DNA of 63,918 nucleotides, the filler included, from Octopus bimaculoides (taxonomy: Eukaryota), in assembly GCF_001194135.2 (NCBI RefSeq). It is 4 parts of 4 records of this genome, joined end to end, with 100 filler letters (N's around TTAATTAATTAA, not from the genome) between each part and the next. Parts side by side here need not be neighbours in the genome. Positions count along the whole stretch, not along the records: positions 1 to 12,106 come from NC_068995.1; positions 12,207 to 35,814 come from NC_068988.1; 2 more parts are not named here. One strand, written 5' to 3'. Shown here in pieces: positions 1 to 12,874 of this stretch (positions are counted from its first letter, which is position 1; the number at the start of each line of letters is the position of its first letter). The translations under genes and the position numbers were made by a program. Under the pieces are notes generated by a model. It saw only the letters and a program-made list of their open reading frames with translations, searched no databases and had not been told where the DNA came from.

Positions 1-2
1 AA

Positions 3-329
3 TACAAAGACCTGGAAATAGAGATAACTCGAATGTGGAATCTAAAAACAGAAACAGTTCCTATCATAGTAGGTGCCTTAGGTATAATAAAAAAATATTC
101 AGACAAATACATAACAAAAATAGCAGGACTTACAAATATATATAACATACAGAAAATTGCACTACTGGGTACTGCACACATTCTACGCAAAACACTTTCA
201 ATACAGTAAACATAAGAGCACCACAGCAAACCACAGCACATACCCAAGGCGCACAGAGCTGCGCTCGGTAGTGAAGTGAAAGCACGTTATAAAAATAAAA
301 CTACTGAATAATGATAATAATAATAATCA
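3..329 (+). mobile_element. 3' end of an R4/Dong-clade non-LTR retrotransposon (restriction-like endonuclease C-terminus, 3' UTR, TAA-repeat tail)
   Basis: Frame 3..209 reads YKDLEIEITRMWNLKTETVPIIVGALGIIKKYSDKYITKIAGLTNIYNIQKIALLGTAHILRKTLSIQ*. This matches the KY.DL..EI..MW...VP.I.GALG...IQK..LLGTA.ILRK signature of R4/Dong RLE ORFs. A ~100-nt UTR follows, then AATAAAA and TAATGATAATAATAATAAT. The element is cut by the window start. Confidence 0.88.
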
Positions 330-1395
330 TTCGACGTTCTGGCATTTCCGTTGTACATCCGAACCTGTTTCACTTGGTTTTGCTTCGATGAAATACGGCA
401 GACGTGGTAGACAACGTCGAGATAACGGTATATAATTAAAGATATATAACTTACTGTTGAAGCAACTCCTCAAATAAACAAGACGGTATTTCATGAAATA
501 AAATGTCTCGTATTTGCGTGTGACCTTCCTTAAGCGAACATATTATCGCTATAAATTATAGACATTGTGTACATTGACAGTGATGTGTATAATAATAATT
601 ACGCTCAGCTTTAATGACACATTATCTATTATATTGACAGACAGCAATGTTAAAACTATTTTCTCGCCAGGCGATTTATCATATTAAAAATACCCTACAA
701 CATTCATCGAGTCTCTTTATATTTTAGCACCCTTTTTCACATCTCCCTATATATCTCACCTTTTCTTTTGCTCTTCTCCCGTCCCTCTCTCTCTGTCTCT
801 TCATGCTTATTTTTTATGTCTTTCCTTTTCTCTTTTTCTTATTCTCTTCCTTCTCAGATATTGGCTCTGTTTTTCTTCTTTATATTTTCTTAAACGAAAT
901 ACATTTTTTTTCTTTTATTCCTGTCATCCTAAAAAATAACATAATGTCTCCAGACCATAGTGCTATGCGACTTTGTCGTTGATCTCAGTCGGGGTTACAG
1001 CCATCGATCCCAATAATTCTACTTTTGAGTCTTCTCTTTTCAGGGGCCGACATTGGGTTAAACGGGAAAAAAAAAGAAACAAACAAAAACAACACATGTA
1101 ACAACAACACTACCAATAAACGAAAAAAGCAATCAATAACGAGATATTAGGATGTGGCTTTACATATAGTGACAGGGCGAGCTGAAGCAACTGGGCGCAG
1201 CTGTTTAGGCGCATGCGATTTGACACTGCCTCACTGAAGATTAAACTTGTTTTGGGGACCGTACATTTTAACACTGGAAGTAAACAACACAGGAGTGCAC
1301 ACAGGCAGAAATATAGATATACAGGTGTGAAAAGTGAAACAGAAACAGAGAGACAAAGAGATATATTAGAACGAGAGAAGCATTAAAACGACTAG

Positions 1396-1491
1396 TGTCA
1401 AATAAGTCATCGTCACATCAACGATGTCAAATAAGTCATCGTCACACCAGCGATGTCAAATAAGTCATCGTCACATCAGCGATGTCAAATA
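1396..1491. repeat. 29-bp minisatellite, ~3.3 copies
   Basis: Unit tgtcaaataagtcatcgtcacaYcaRcga starts at 1396, 1425 and 1454, with a partial copy at 1483. Confidence 0.95.
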
Positions 1492-1603
1492 CGATCGTGC
1501 TGAAGCATCTCAACCTTATGACAAGGATTGTAATAGTTGAAAAGTATTTCGGTAACAAACTGTGCCCCTCACGTGTTTATCCCTTCTTTCATTTTCAGTG
1601 TGT

Positions 1604-1644
<41 letters not shown>

Positions 1645-2419
1645 TGTCTGTCTGTCTGTCTCCGTGTGTTTGTATATGTGTGTTAGTGTGTCTGTGTGTG
1701 TATGTTTGTGTGGTGTAAGAGGTCTGTGAGCGTGGTCTGGATACACCATGTTACTATGTGAACTATTTTTAGTAATAGCTACTTTATTCTAATAGATTAT
1801 TGCAAGATTGGTTATAACTAGTATGACTGCAATAATCCATAATGGATACAATGTATGTTTTTATTCGGCATTATTTTTAAATATGAATTTTTGCTCTTGA
1901 TTTGTATGTGGCGCATTTATAATGTACCCTGTGATAGTTGCTTCTATTTGATGTTCTCCTTTGTCGTTTGTAAGGAGACAAACAATACATTTTTACCAGC
2001 CGCTACTTTAAGTCTGTTTTTATAGAGCCAGGATCACCGGTGATTTTGTCGGGGTTAAAGTAGTTACAAAACATTGTCTGAGAGAACGGTGTAAGAACAC
2101 TACTCTAAGATCATTTGCGTTTAGAGATAACTGTGAAGAGGGTATGTAGGTATAAGGTATGGAAATGTGAATAAAAGGACGAATGGTTATGCTGCTCTTT
2201 GCGGGAAATTGCAAATTCCGAAATGTTCCCTTACACTGGATAGGGCATTTGGCCAGCATTTTGTGTTCTCTTTTCGCAACCATCGGAGCGCCAAGCACTC
2301 CTCACGCACACAGGTTCATGAGATGGTTGTGATCTATAAATAGTTTCGAGTGGGAACCGGAGATAGAAGTATGGACACACAATGCACATGTACACACAGA
2401 ATTCGTAAAACTCCTGCTC

Positions 2420-2620
2420 ATGATTGGACAAACACATATTGTCAGCCAATAAGGGACATGCTCAGCTGGTTAAAATCAAACAACTGACATACAAATCTGT
2501 GGTGTTGAGCAGTATATTTGCTGCAGCCCATGTTTTACCCCAAGACAAAACATGTACATGACAGCTCATCCAATCAGTGAAAATCAGAAGGCATGAGAGT
2601 CATTGCCTGGTATTGCATCA

Positions 2621-2685
<65 letters not shown>
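2420..2685. repeat. Unclassified interspersed-repeat-like segment bounded by a (TTA)n microsatellite (2621-2684)
   Basis: A GC-richer block ends abruptly in a pure (ATT)n tract, like a retroelement terminus. No coding signature was found. Confidence 0.35.
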
Positions 2686-2687
<2 letters not shown>

Positions 2688-2689
2688 GG

Positions 2690-4170
2690 TTATTGCCTTT
2701 CTAGTTGTTTGATGTTGAATTTTATTTCATACGTGCGCGATATTGGTGTTTTGCCTTTGATGTTTTCCCTAGTTTTTATAGTTGTTTAGTTCCAGTGGGT
2801 AATCGGAGCTGCATTTTTATGATGTCTTGTCGGTCATGTAATACTAATGCGTCTATAATTTTATTGCCGATTGTCTAAGTCGGCCATTGAGGTGTTATTG
2901 AATTCTGTAAACCTTGGTTCTTTTTTTCTCTGTGGGACACGTCCCACAGAGAGGTTTTTGAAGTTTCCAAAAGTGTTTTTACTTTCTTCATTAATGTGTG
3001 AATGTGTTGTTATGTTACATGTTGGGTGAACCGAGAAAATACTCAGGGAATTGTTCGATTACGGTATCTAACTGCGGGAAGCACTAGCTGGTATGTAGAG
3101 AAAACGGTTTGGGCTTGGCTGAAGGAAGTACTTGGTGAAGTATGTGTGTGTATGTGTGTCTTGTTGCAAATTATTTCGGATTTAAAGAGAGTTTAGTTGT
3201 GATGCTATTATGTTACCGCTTCTGTTACTTACAGAACCCAGTACACAGAGGGCGTTCAATTCTTCCACATTGATAGTGTCTGTAAGAATACTGAAGCGTT
3301 ATAGTTAGAGCACGTAATCTGGAGGGTAACTGTTGATATTAGTGGTATGCTTATGTTTCCTAATGCGCTATGTGTTGCTAATTTTTTATTTTAAATTTTT
3401 CTAGTGTGATGTCTTCGTGTAGTTTAAGTTTACGAATGTCATTTCTGACATTCAGGTATCGTATGCGTGTTTTTTAAGGTATGCTATAAGAGATCTTCCA
3501 TCAGTATTACAAAAGAGTCTTTGTAGCAAAATCTGAATGCAGTTTGGAATACTGAGTGTTCTGTACTTAGACAACAACAATGCTACTTACATTGTTGTTC
3601 CGTAAATGTCGTGTATGATGATAAAATCTTTTAGTTTCATAAAGGTGTTTTTAATGTCATTAAGCCATTATTGACATAACTTTACGCGAGCTATTTTTGT
3701 GTTCAACGGTATATTTTTTAATATAATATAAGCGAACCTGTGATGTTAGAAAGGGAGATAATAACTATACATCCAGTCTATATTGTTGCTTCTGCAGTTG
3801 CTGACATTGTCATTATCTTTTATCAAGCCGTGCATTGTAGTAGAGTATTTGTGAAAAGTGTATGGAAATGCATGTGCGAGTGTTGTGTACAATTTGTAAG
3901 ACGCTTACCTTCATATGAGTTTCTGGGTTGTCTCATGTACATTCGTAGTTTCTTTCGTTTGTCATCAATGTTGTCACGTGTTTGGAAGAGTGTTTCTGTC
4001 TTTCAAACATATCCTTCGAACAGCGTTCGAAAAGCGTTCAAGCCAAATAATCGTTATCTTTTTTTTTTGTTTTTGTTTCTTTTTTTTTTACCTAAAATAT
4101 TATTTACATCCACATAGTAGGATATTATTTGTGGAAGGATATTATTTGGCTGGGATCTTTTTGCAAGTCT
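2690..4170 (-). mobile_element. Highly decayed Penelope-like element reverse transcriptase remnant
   Basis: Minus-strand pieces occur in PLE motif order: IISLSNIT.SL.LYLKNIP (vslDv.SLYtNIP-like), KNTFMKLKDFIIIHDIYGTTM (Q..GT.MG-like), RFCYKDSFVI (RY.DD.F.I-like), TKYFLQPSPNRFLYIP (T..Y.KPT....Y-like thumb), and a C-terminal THWN..IKTREN...R..EI. There are many stops and frameshifts. Confidence 0.45.
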
Positions 4171-4339
4171 AGCAAACGAGCAGAAGCTTCCTCGTCACAA
4201 TATATTCACGAACGATGAACTTTCAACATTGATCGAGCATTGGGCTCACAACACAACACCATAAGACCGGGTACGAAATTTAGTTAGGTGGGGTGCAAAC
4301 CCAGATCCAAAGCGTATTACAAACAATATCGATTGTTAC

Positions 4340-5235
4340 AATCTTAGTATCAAAACAAACACAACCCCAACTACGACGACGCTGCTACTAGCACCAACAC
4401 CACTAACAACAATAGCTATGACTACAGTACTACAACAATAACTGTAGCAACACCATAACCAACATCATCAATAATACGACCAACAGGAGCAATAAACAGG
4501 GCACTAGCATCCCAATTACAAAGACACTGCCACCACAACGAAAAACAATAACAACAACTATAACAACACTACCACCACAAACAACATCACTGACAGCAGC
4601 AACTATATATACAATACTAGGAAAATTCAACTTCATAAATATTTCCCGTAACAAACCAAATAAACTCTACCAACCCACAACAATACCACCAATAAGAAAC
4701 ATCGCAAAGAACCGTTACAACACTACTACCACTACTAACATCACAACCACGAAGAACAGGATCGCTACTAACAATAACATCGCCAACATTATCACGAGCG
4801 CCAACAACAACAATTTCAACAACAACTAAGTCGCCAACATCAACCCCAGTAATAATATCAACAATATCAGGAACGACAACAGCATTGCTGCCATTACTAA
4901 CATCACAACCAGCACCACCACCAACAGCAACAACAGCAGCATCGCCAACAACATCAATATTATTATTATTAACAACAGCAACAACAACAACGCCATCATT
5001 ATCACCAACAGCATTATCACCACCGCAGCCACCAACAAAACAACAACAACATCGCAAACGTCATTACCAGCATCATCACCAAGCACAACCACTACCACTC
5101 AACATCACCAACGTTACTACCAACAGCGCCATCAGGAACGCCACGACCACCAACAACAACATCACTAACATCGCCACCAACAATAACATCACCAACGCCA
5201 ACAACAACAAAAACAACAACAATTCTAACAAGGTA
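4340..5235. repeat. Degenerate AAC/ACC/ACT trinucleotide low-complexity tract
   Basis: Strongly A/C-skewed, with recurring aacaac, accacc and aacatcgccaac motifs. The ORFs here are low-complexity translations. Confidence 0.9.
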
Positions 5236-5559
5236 GTTATATTAGAATGTAGAAGTTCCCAGCCTTAACTGAAATGATGAGTCATTAAATATAGAAAGAA
5301 CGAGTGGAAGGACGAACTTCACATCCAATTAAACAGCTTACTGATGTTAGTTTAGCACAATTAACAATTGTAGCAATTTACATTGCCACCACTTAATGGA
5401 CGAAATATTTTAAATTTCTACCTACTCAGCTCTCTTCACCGCTTTGCTTCTGTGTATCTCTTGTGACTATTTCTATATTTAACGGTGTGTCTGTCTGTCT
5501 ATCTATAAATTCTTCTCACGCCCTCAACTCTCTTTCTCTTTCTATTTTCTATTTATCTC

Positions 5560-5852
5560 TCCACCTCTCTCTGTCTCTCTTTCTCTCTGTATATGCATAT
5601 ATGTATATTTTACATATGTGTGTATATATGTATATAGTATATATGTATATAGTATATATGTATATAGTATATATGTATATAGTATATATGTATATAGTAT
5701 ATATGTATATAGTATATATGTATATAGTATATATGTATATAGTATATATGTATGTGTATATGTATATATATGATATATTATACATGTATGCATATATGTA
5801 TATATTATATATGTACGTATATATGTCCATAAAGAGATATGTATATAGATAG

Positions 5853-5925
<73 letters not shown>

Positions 5926-5930
5926 CAGAC

Positions 5931-5999
<69 letters not shown>

Positions 6000-6126
6000 T
6001 GCCTATATATGCGTGTATGAATGGCGAGTATATGTTTGTACGTCTGTATATAGGGATGTAGATAGGTCTGTAGGTAGGTAGGTAGGTAGGTAGGTAGGTA
6101 GGTAGGTAGGTAGGTAGGTAGGTAGG
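5560..6126. repeat. Compound microsatellite: (CT)n, 15-bp atgtatatagtatat array (~8 copies), (TAGA)n, (GGTA)n
   Basis: Directly visible. Confidence 0.95.
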
Positions 6127-6190
6127 AATGTTTATTCGTTTGCTGTCTTCAATTACTGGAATGCGGCCATACTGAGGCACCGCCTTAAAG
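6126..6190 (-). mobile_element. 3' tail fragment of SINE family B
   Basis: Reverse complement ...aaggcggtgcctcagtatggccgc... matches the tail of the copy at 31205-31580. Confidence 0.6.
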
Positions 6191-6513
6191 GGATATTGTC
6201 ATGGGTCACCAGAGCAATTTTATTATTATTAGCACAAAATATTTCATCCATAAGAGACTGTGTTAGAAAACAGACCCAGAAGAAATTTCTTCTGGTATAT
6301 TATTCATAATAGTTTATTAAATATGTTAATTTCTCTCTTTGTTCTCCGCACACCAAACACAATATTACGCGATTTTGGTCACCCCAGAGAGCATTCTCTA
6401 AAATAACAAAATTCATGACCGATGTTAATTATTTGGGACCGTCTAAAATCATTGAAACTTTACTTTTTCCAGCAACTGTGGGCATTTATGGCTGCCACTT
6501 GACGTTTTACTTC

Positions 6514-6810
6514 AAGGCGTCGAGCTGGCAGAATCGTTAGCACGCCGGACAAAATGGTTAGTGGAAGTTCGTCCGTCTTTACATTCTGAGCTCAAATTCT
6601 GCCGAAGTCGACTTTACATTTCATCTTTTCGGGGTCGATAAAATAAGTACCAGTTGAACACTGGGATCGATGTAATCGACTTCACACCTCCCCTAAAAAT
6701 TTTTGGAACCATTGTTAATATTATTCAAATTCTACTGAAGTCGGCTTTGCCTTTCATACATTTTTAGAGTTGATAAAATAAATACCAGTGACTGGAGTCA
6801 CATGTAATCA
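6514..6810 (+). mobile_element. tRNA-derived SINE family A copy plus adjacent fragment
   Basis: Head ggcgtcgagctggcagaatcgttagc, B-box-like gagctcaaattc, and central gtcgacttt...catcttttcggggtcgataaaataagtaccag shared with about 20 other copies in the window. Confidence 0.85.
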
Positions 6811-6856
6811 ACTACGCACCTCTTCCCAAATTTCAGACCTTGTTTCTATAGCGAAG

Positions 6857-6897
<41 letters not shown>

Positions 6898-6900
6898 GAA

Positions 6901-7084
6901 GGAGTGGCTGCGTGGTAAGTAGCTTGCTTGCCAACCACACGGTTCCGAGTTCAGTCCCACTGCGTGGCACCTTGGACAAGTGTCTTCTACTATAGTAGAA
7001 GACACTTACCCAAGGTGCCATGCAGTGGAACTGAGTCCAGAACCATGTGGTTCGCAAGCAAGCTACTTACCACACAGCCACTCC
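6901..7084. mobile_element. Two SINE family B 5' heads fused into a spacerless 184-bp palindrome
   Basis: 6901-6992 and the reverse complement of 6993-7084 align without gaps at ~88% (about 11 differences in 92). The centre is ctacta|tagtag. The head has A/B-box-like motifs and accttggrcaagtg, which resembles the start of the CORE domain. Confidence 0.88.
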
Positions 7085-7119
7085 TATATATATATATATA
7101 TATATATACACCAAAGCTC

Positions 7120-7196
7120 AAATACTGAAAGCTCATATATACCAAACTCAGATATATATATATATATATATCTGAGTTTGATATATATGAGCTTTT
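7120..7196. repeat. Short inverted repeat around a (TA)n loop
   Basis: aagctcatatat.c.aaactcagat-(AT)n-atctgagtttgatatatatgagctt. Confidence 0.8.
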
Positions 7197-7416
7197 AGTT
7201 TCCCTCATTTACAACTATTTATATTGTGGTTTCATAGATATGACTTTGCATATGAGTTTGCCTACAAAGATAGATAGATACATACATACATAGTTGTACA
7301 GATAGGTAGGTACGTAGGTACGTAGGTAGGCACGTAGGTATAGATTGCTTTGAAGGTATACACACAGGTATATATTTAAGCGCACACTCCCCAAAACACA
7401 CACTCACACACATACG

Positions 7417-7456
<40 letters not shown>

Positions 7457-9133
7457 CACACATATACATATGTGTGCGCGCGCTCGCGAATGTTTACATA
7501 TATTTATATAGATATATATATATACACATCTCTTTCTCTCAGACTCTCCTCTCTTTCCCTCTCTCTCTATACATATGTATATACATGTGTGTGTGCGTGT
7601 GTGTGTGTATGTGTGTGTATGTGTGTGCGTGTGTGTGTGTATTTGCCAATCAAATTTCCTCGAAAACAGTGGCAAATCATTGAAATTTATATAGTTCCAT
7701 GTCATTCCAGAAAGGTTAATCGATTCCTTTATTGCAACGCAGAAGGTGTGTGACTTGCTTAGCATGAATATTTACTTCATTATCCGATTCCAGTTTAACA
7801 AATATAGTGGACAGAGTTTAGAAGTGACCCACGAACAGCTTGACATGTTGTTTAGCCAACGTGACACATCTCACTTTAGCTGGCAAACAGTTAGTCAGAC
7901 CAGACAAGAATCCTCTAAATAGTTGTCGAACATTATATCCAGTATCCCAAGACATATCTGAGGACATGACCGTACGCAAGGATATGCCCATGTTCTAACA
8001 TGTATTAATTCCAATTGAATATCAGTCGAATGTTGTTAACACATATTCTGAAGGGTTTAAATTTATGTCACTGTGCTACAAGACACATTCAAAGACGATA
8101 TGGAGATTTTCATCATCTAGCTCAATTCTAGTACTGTTCATTCTTTCATTATAATTCAATGAGTATGTATGGTGGTTGTTCTTGTTATTAAACTTGTTCT
8201 CTTTGTGTCCAGTTTAATTTGGATATTGTAGTTTGGGTAAGAAGAGGCAACATTTTATGTCGAAGGGCACACCAACGGACACAAGTGTATGTTCTACAAT
8301 GCAGATAGCAGGAATCTCAATTGTGTCTTTATGTTGAAATTTACAGCTGCAGTGGAACGGGAGATTTTTTCCTCGACGGCGCATGCAATTATGCTCTTTA
8401 TGTCAAGATATTAAAAGCTATTGTCTAGCTTGCTCTTCTAACATTTCTTAAAACTGATGTATATATTATTTTAGCGAGATGGGGCCCGATTTCATTTTGC
8501 GAGTATCACAACTGTTTGGTTAGACTAGTAATTAAACGATTGATGGATTGAATATCAAGATATTTGGGAATTAGCTTCAAAATCTCCTGACGTGATGGTT
8601 CCTAAATTCTTCTTATTGAAATATTTCAAGAATTAATTACACTTATTTAATTGTTAAGATATCTCATCCACATATCGTTAACACAAATGTCGATGTACAC
8701 ACAGAGAGAAACAGGGAGAAGCAAGTAAAAAGGCAGACAAATTGATATATAGTTGTAAATGAATAGACATTTGTTTGTGTGTTTGAATTACGAGATGTCA
8801 TAATTGATAAATTTGACAACATGACAGCTAATTTACGTCGCTCAGTTTGCAGATTGGTCCCTAAAATCTGAAACCCTGTTTGGCAGTAAAAGGATCGCAT
8901 TTTCAGCATTTCATTTGAACATATCAAATTATGATTAATAAATGATTTTTGCTTCAGTTTTCATTTGCCTGTATCTTCTCTCATTATGAATATCAATTGG
9001 AGCAGTCTCTGCGCATCACATACACACGCACATAAAAAGATGCACGCACACACACGCACGTGTATGTATAAGCATATATATGCATGGGTGCGTATGAGAG
9101 AAAGTGTGTTTGTGTGTGTGTTTTGCATACATG

Positions 9134-9171
<38 letters not shown>

Positions 9172-9254
9172 ATACAAATAATATGTGAGTATATGCATTA
9201 TACGTACATGTATGTATATACCTACATCTACATATATATATATATATAGATGCA

Positions 9255-9400
9255 TATCTGGGTACAGGACGTCACAAAAAAAACGTGGACAAAATGAAGA
9301 ACAGAACATAAACAGAGCACAGAAAACAAACAGGCCACTTAGAGAATATTTTCATCAGCTGCCCCTATTCTAAACTAAGCGTTTCGAAGAGTTTATATAT
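9255..9400 (-). mobile_element. PLE-terminus-like repeat fragment with split hammerhead halves; same family as 62364-62415
   Basis: Minus strand reads cgaaacgcttagtttagaataggggcagCTGATGAaaatatt. It aligns with cgaaacgtctagttagaatagcggcagCTGACGAaggatt at 62364-62411. Confidence 0.45.
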
Positions 9401-11061
9401 ACTCAATTTTGGGGGATTAATCGTTATGTGGGTATTCTATTTCAGATATTACAAACATAACCTAATGAGTATATCTGACAGTAAAAACATAGTATCAGTT
9501 TGCACATCGCGAAATAACACTTAAAGGGTATAACCAAAATTACCAGCTGGGTATATAATGTACTTCATTAATCAAACTTTAGTTAATACTTATATTCATC
9601 AAATATGAAGGAACTACACGTGTTTCGGTATGGGAAGATTACAATATATATACATATACACAACTGTATACCTATATATACATACATATATAAATACGTA
9701 TATGCAATCATCAGATTTACAATTATTCTAACATCTCTTCAGGTACTATTTCAAAATATTATATATCTAATTTTACATCCCTTTAAAAATAAGCAATACA
9801 ATTAAGCGTTAAAGATTAAAAATTACGAATTAGAAATTAAGAATTAAAAATTTAGAATTAAAATTAAGAATAAAAATTATACTTTGTAATATTAAGAATT
9901 AAAATTTATAAATTATACATTATAAATATGAATCAGTGTATATATATATCAATCATGTAAAATCAAGTATATGTCAAATGTGAGATATAAGATTAAATAT
10001 CAGAATAAAAATGACTGCATTTAAATTTGATATATAACAAGAAAAATTCAAATACATATCTTCCTTTTTTAGCTGGTACTAAAATGGTGACTAAATAGGT
10101 AACACAAACAGANNNNNNNNNNNNNNNNNNNNNNNNNNNNNNNNNNNNNNNNNNNNNNNNNNNNNNNNNNNNNNNNNNNNNNNNNNNNNNNNNNNNNNNN
10201 NNNNNNNNNNNNNNNNNNNNNNNNNNNNNNNNNNNNNNNNNNNNNNNNNNNNNNNNNNNNNNNNNNNNNNNNNNNNNNNNNNNNNNNNNNNNNNNNNNNN
10301 NNNNNNNNNNNNNNNNNNNNNNNNNNNNNNNNNNNNNNNNNNNNNNNNNNNNNNNNNNNNNNNNNNNNNNNNNNNNNNNNNNNNNNNNNNNNNNNNNNNN
10401 NNNNNNNNNNNNNNNNNNNNNNNNNNNNNNNNNNNNNNNNNNNNNNNNNNNNNNNNNNNNNNNNNNNNNNNNNNNNNNNNNNNNNNNNNNNNNNNNNNNN
10501 NNNNNNNNNNNNNNNNNNNNNNNNNNNNNNNNNNNNNNNNNNNNNNNNNNNNNNNNNNNNNNNNNNNNNNNNNNNNNNNNNNNNNNNNNNNNNNNNNNNN
10601 NNNNNNNNNNNNNNNNNNNNNNNNNNNNNNNNNNNNNNNNNNNNNNNNNNNNNNNNNNNNNNNNNNNNNNNNNNNNNNNNNNNNNNNNNNNNNNNNNNNN
10701 NNNNNNNNNNNNNNNNNNNNNNNNNNNNNNNNNNNNNNNNNNNNNNNNNNNNNNNNNNNNNNNNNNNNNNNNNNNNNNNNNNNNNNNNNNNNNNNNNNNN
10801 NNNNNNNNNNNNNNNNNNNNNNNNNNNNNNNNNNNNNNNNNNNNNNNNNNNNNNNNNNNNNNNNNNNNNNNNNNNNNNNNNNNNNNNNNNNNNNNNNNNN
10901 NNNNNNNNNNNNNNNNNNNNNNNNNNNNNNNNNNNNNNNNNNNNNNNNNNNNNNNNNNNNNNNNNNNNNNNNNNNNNNNNNNNNNNNNNNNNNNNNNNNN
11001 NNNNNNNNNNNNNNNNNNNNNNNNNNNNNNNNNNNNNNNNNNNNNNNNNNNNNNNNNNNNN

Positions 11062-11089
<28 letters not shown>

Positions 11090-11094
<5 letters not shown>

Positions 11095-11256
11095 TCACCA
11101 TCGTCGTCGTCGTCATTATCATCATCACCTTTTCTTCATCATCATCACCCTTTCTTCTCCTTCTTCTTCTTTCCTGTTGTTGTTGTTCTTTTCTTCTTCT
11201 TCTTTCTTCTTTCTTCCTCTCCTTCCTCTCCTCCTTCTTCTCCTTCTCCTTCTTCC

Positions 11257-11287
<31 letters not shown>

Positions 11288-11540
11288 CTTCTTCTTCTTC
11301 TTCTTCTTCTTCTTCTTCTTCTTCTTCTTCTTCTTCTTTTCTTTCTTCTTCGTCGTCTTTAGAGTCTTTCCTCTAATTCTTATTTTCGTTCCAATGCTTT
11401 CGCGCTTTCTTTCATCTCCTCCTTCATTTTCTTCTTCACACTTCTTCCCACTACGTCATCGACGCATTGTAGCACCATTATTATTATTATTATTATTACT
11501 ATCATCACCATTGTTATTGTCTTCATCAGCCTCACCATCC

Positions 11541-11583
<43 letters not shown>

Positions 11584-11760
11584 TATCCTCCCCATCACCA
11601 TCATTGTCATGATCATCATTATCACCAACACCAACATCAACAGCACCATCGCCATCACCTTTAACAACAACAAATATTACATCATCATCCTTATCATTTT
11701 CTTGTCCTCTTCCTTTTCTAGTTTCTGTCTTCTGCGTTACCCCCTCTTCATCCTCCTTCT
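11090..11760. repeat. Compound trinucleotide microsatellite (TCT/TCA/TTA)
   Basis: Directly visible. Confidence 0.95.
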
Positions 11761-11917
11761 CATTCTCCACCTCATCTTCTTTTTATATACAACATTAAGT
11801 ACCTCTTTTGCTACACTTCAGCCTACCAGTTAATTTTAACGCATTTTTTTTTTAATTCAATTTTGCTGAATATGTTATTTTCTTAGATTAGCTAACTCGT
11901 ACCCGAAAAAGAAAGAA

Positions 11918-11948
<31 letters not shown>

Positions 11949-12106
11949 GAGAGAGAGATAAAGAGAAAGCGGTGAGATACACTTACGCAGACAAACACAC
12001 ACACATATATATACACACTCACACACATGCAAGCACCCTCCATGCATATATATATATATATATATACGTAAGTATGTATATGCAGATATATATATATATA
12101 TATGTG

Positions 12107-12206
12107 NNNNNNNNNNNNNNNNNNNNNNNNNNNNNNNNNNNNNNNNNNNNTTAATTAATTAANNNNNNNNNNNNNNNNNNNNNNNNNNNNNNNNNNNNNN
12201 NNNNNN
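12107..12206. other. Artificial assembly linker 44N-TTAATTAATTAA-44N
   Basis: The same 100-nt construct occurs at 35815-35914 and 62264-62363. The 12-mer gives stops in all six frames. Confidence 0.95.
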
Positions 12207-12849
12207 ATAGAATTTGGGAAAGAGAACCGGACTGTAACTTAGAAATTATTGACCAGTAGATTTCAAAAAGGTCACTAAAAATCAAATGGCCGGAAAGCAT
12301 AATAAATGATGGAAACAATAGATAATTGAAGAAGGCTTGGCAGGGTCGTAAAAAGATGACATAGCATTTTAAATAATCCCTTGCGAAGTTTTATATTATT
12401 TAATTTCATTTGTTATAGGCCATTGACAAACTTCCTTCAGTTCCTGCTCAAAATCCACTTCAGTATCTTATCTTCTTATTCTTAGGTTTTAGATTTTTGC
12501 TTTGGTATTACTATCACTGAAATAACGTACCAAAAGCGTTTGAAACTTTAATGAGAATGTTTCGCATACAAATGCATTGTTCAGCGTTAAGCGATTGGAA
12601 AATAAAAACTGTTTCTTTATTCGGAAAACCCCATGGCAGACAATATACCTAAATTCGATGCCTGTATACAAAGACACAAATCATAATGTGATATCCATCA
12701 GATGGTTAACCACTTTAAGAAATACAGAAGTAAGGTCACTTTTTTATAGCATAATTCAACATTTCTTATGGTACCAGCAAACAAAATAGAAAAGGTATTG
12801 CCCCGGGAGACAGCGAAGGAGATTCACTGGAACAGCTACACTGACTCAC

Positions 12850-12874
12850 AGGGTTCGCACTTGCGGGCAGCCAT
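12850..12874 (-). CDS. Candidate first coding exon (MAARKCEP-), unverified
   Basis: GC-richer island, gcggagATGG start context, and strong donor CCT|gtgagt at 12849. No homology recognised and no linked downstream exon found. Confidence 0.15.

Noticed and set aside
4430-5268. Thr/Asn/Gln- or Val/Leu-rich ORFs suggesting a mucin
   Set aside because: Translations of a degenerate trinucleotide tract with stops in all frames and no flanking exon structure.
10091-11128. Long ORFs crossing N gaps (also 19640-20588, 44195-45087, 46531-47919, 55695-56417, 60846-61589)
   Set aside because: Open only because N codons and (TA)n contain no stops.
12151-12162. TTAATTAATTAA islands within N runs (also 35859-35870 and 62308-62319)
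   Set aside because: Identical 44N+12+44N = 100-nt construct with stops in six frames: an assembly spacer, not biology.
12550-12595. CTGAACA-stem-GAAAC on the minus strand
   Set aside because: C3/C8 cannot pair, there are two extra nucleotides before stem II, and there is no stem I.
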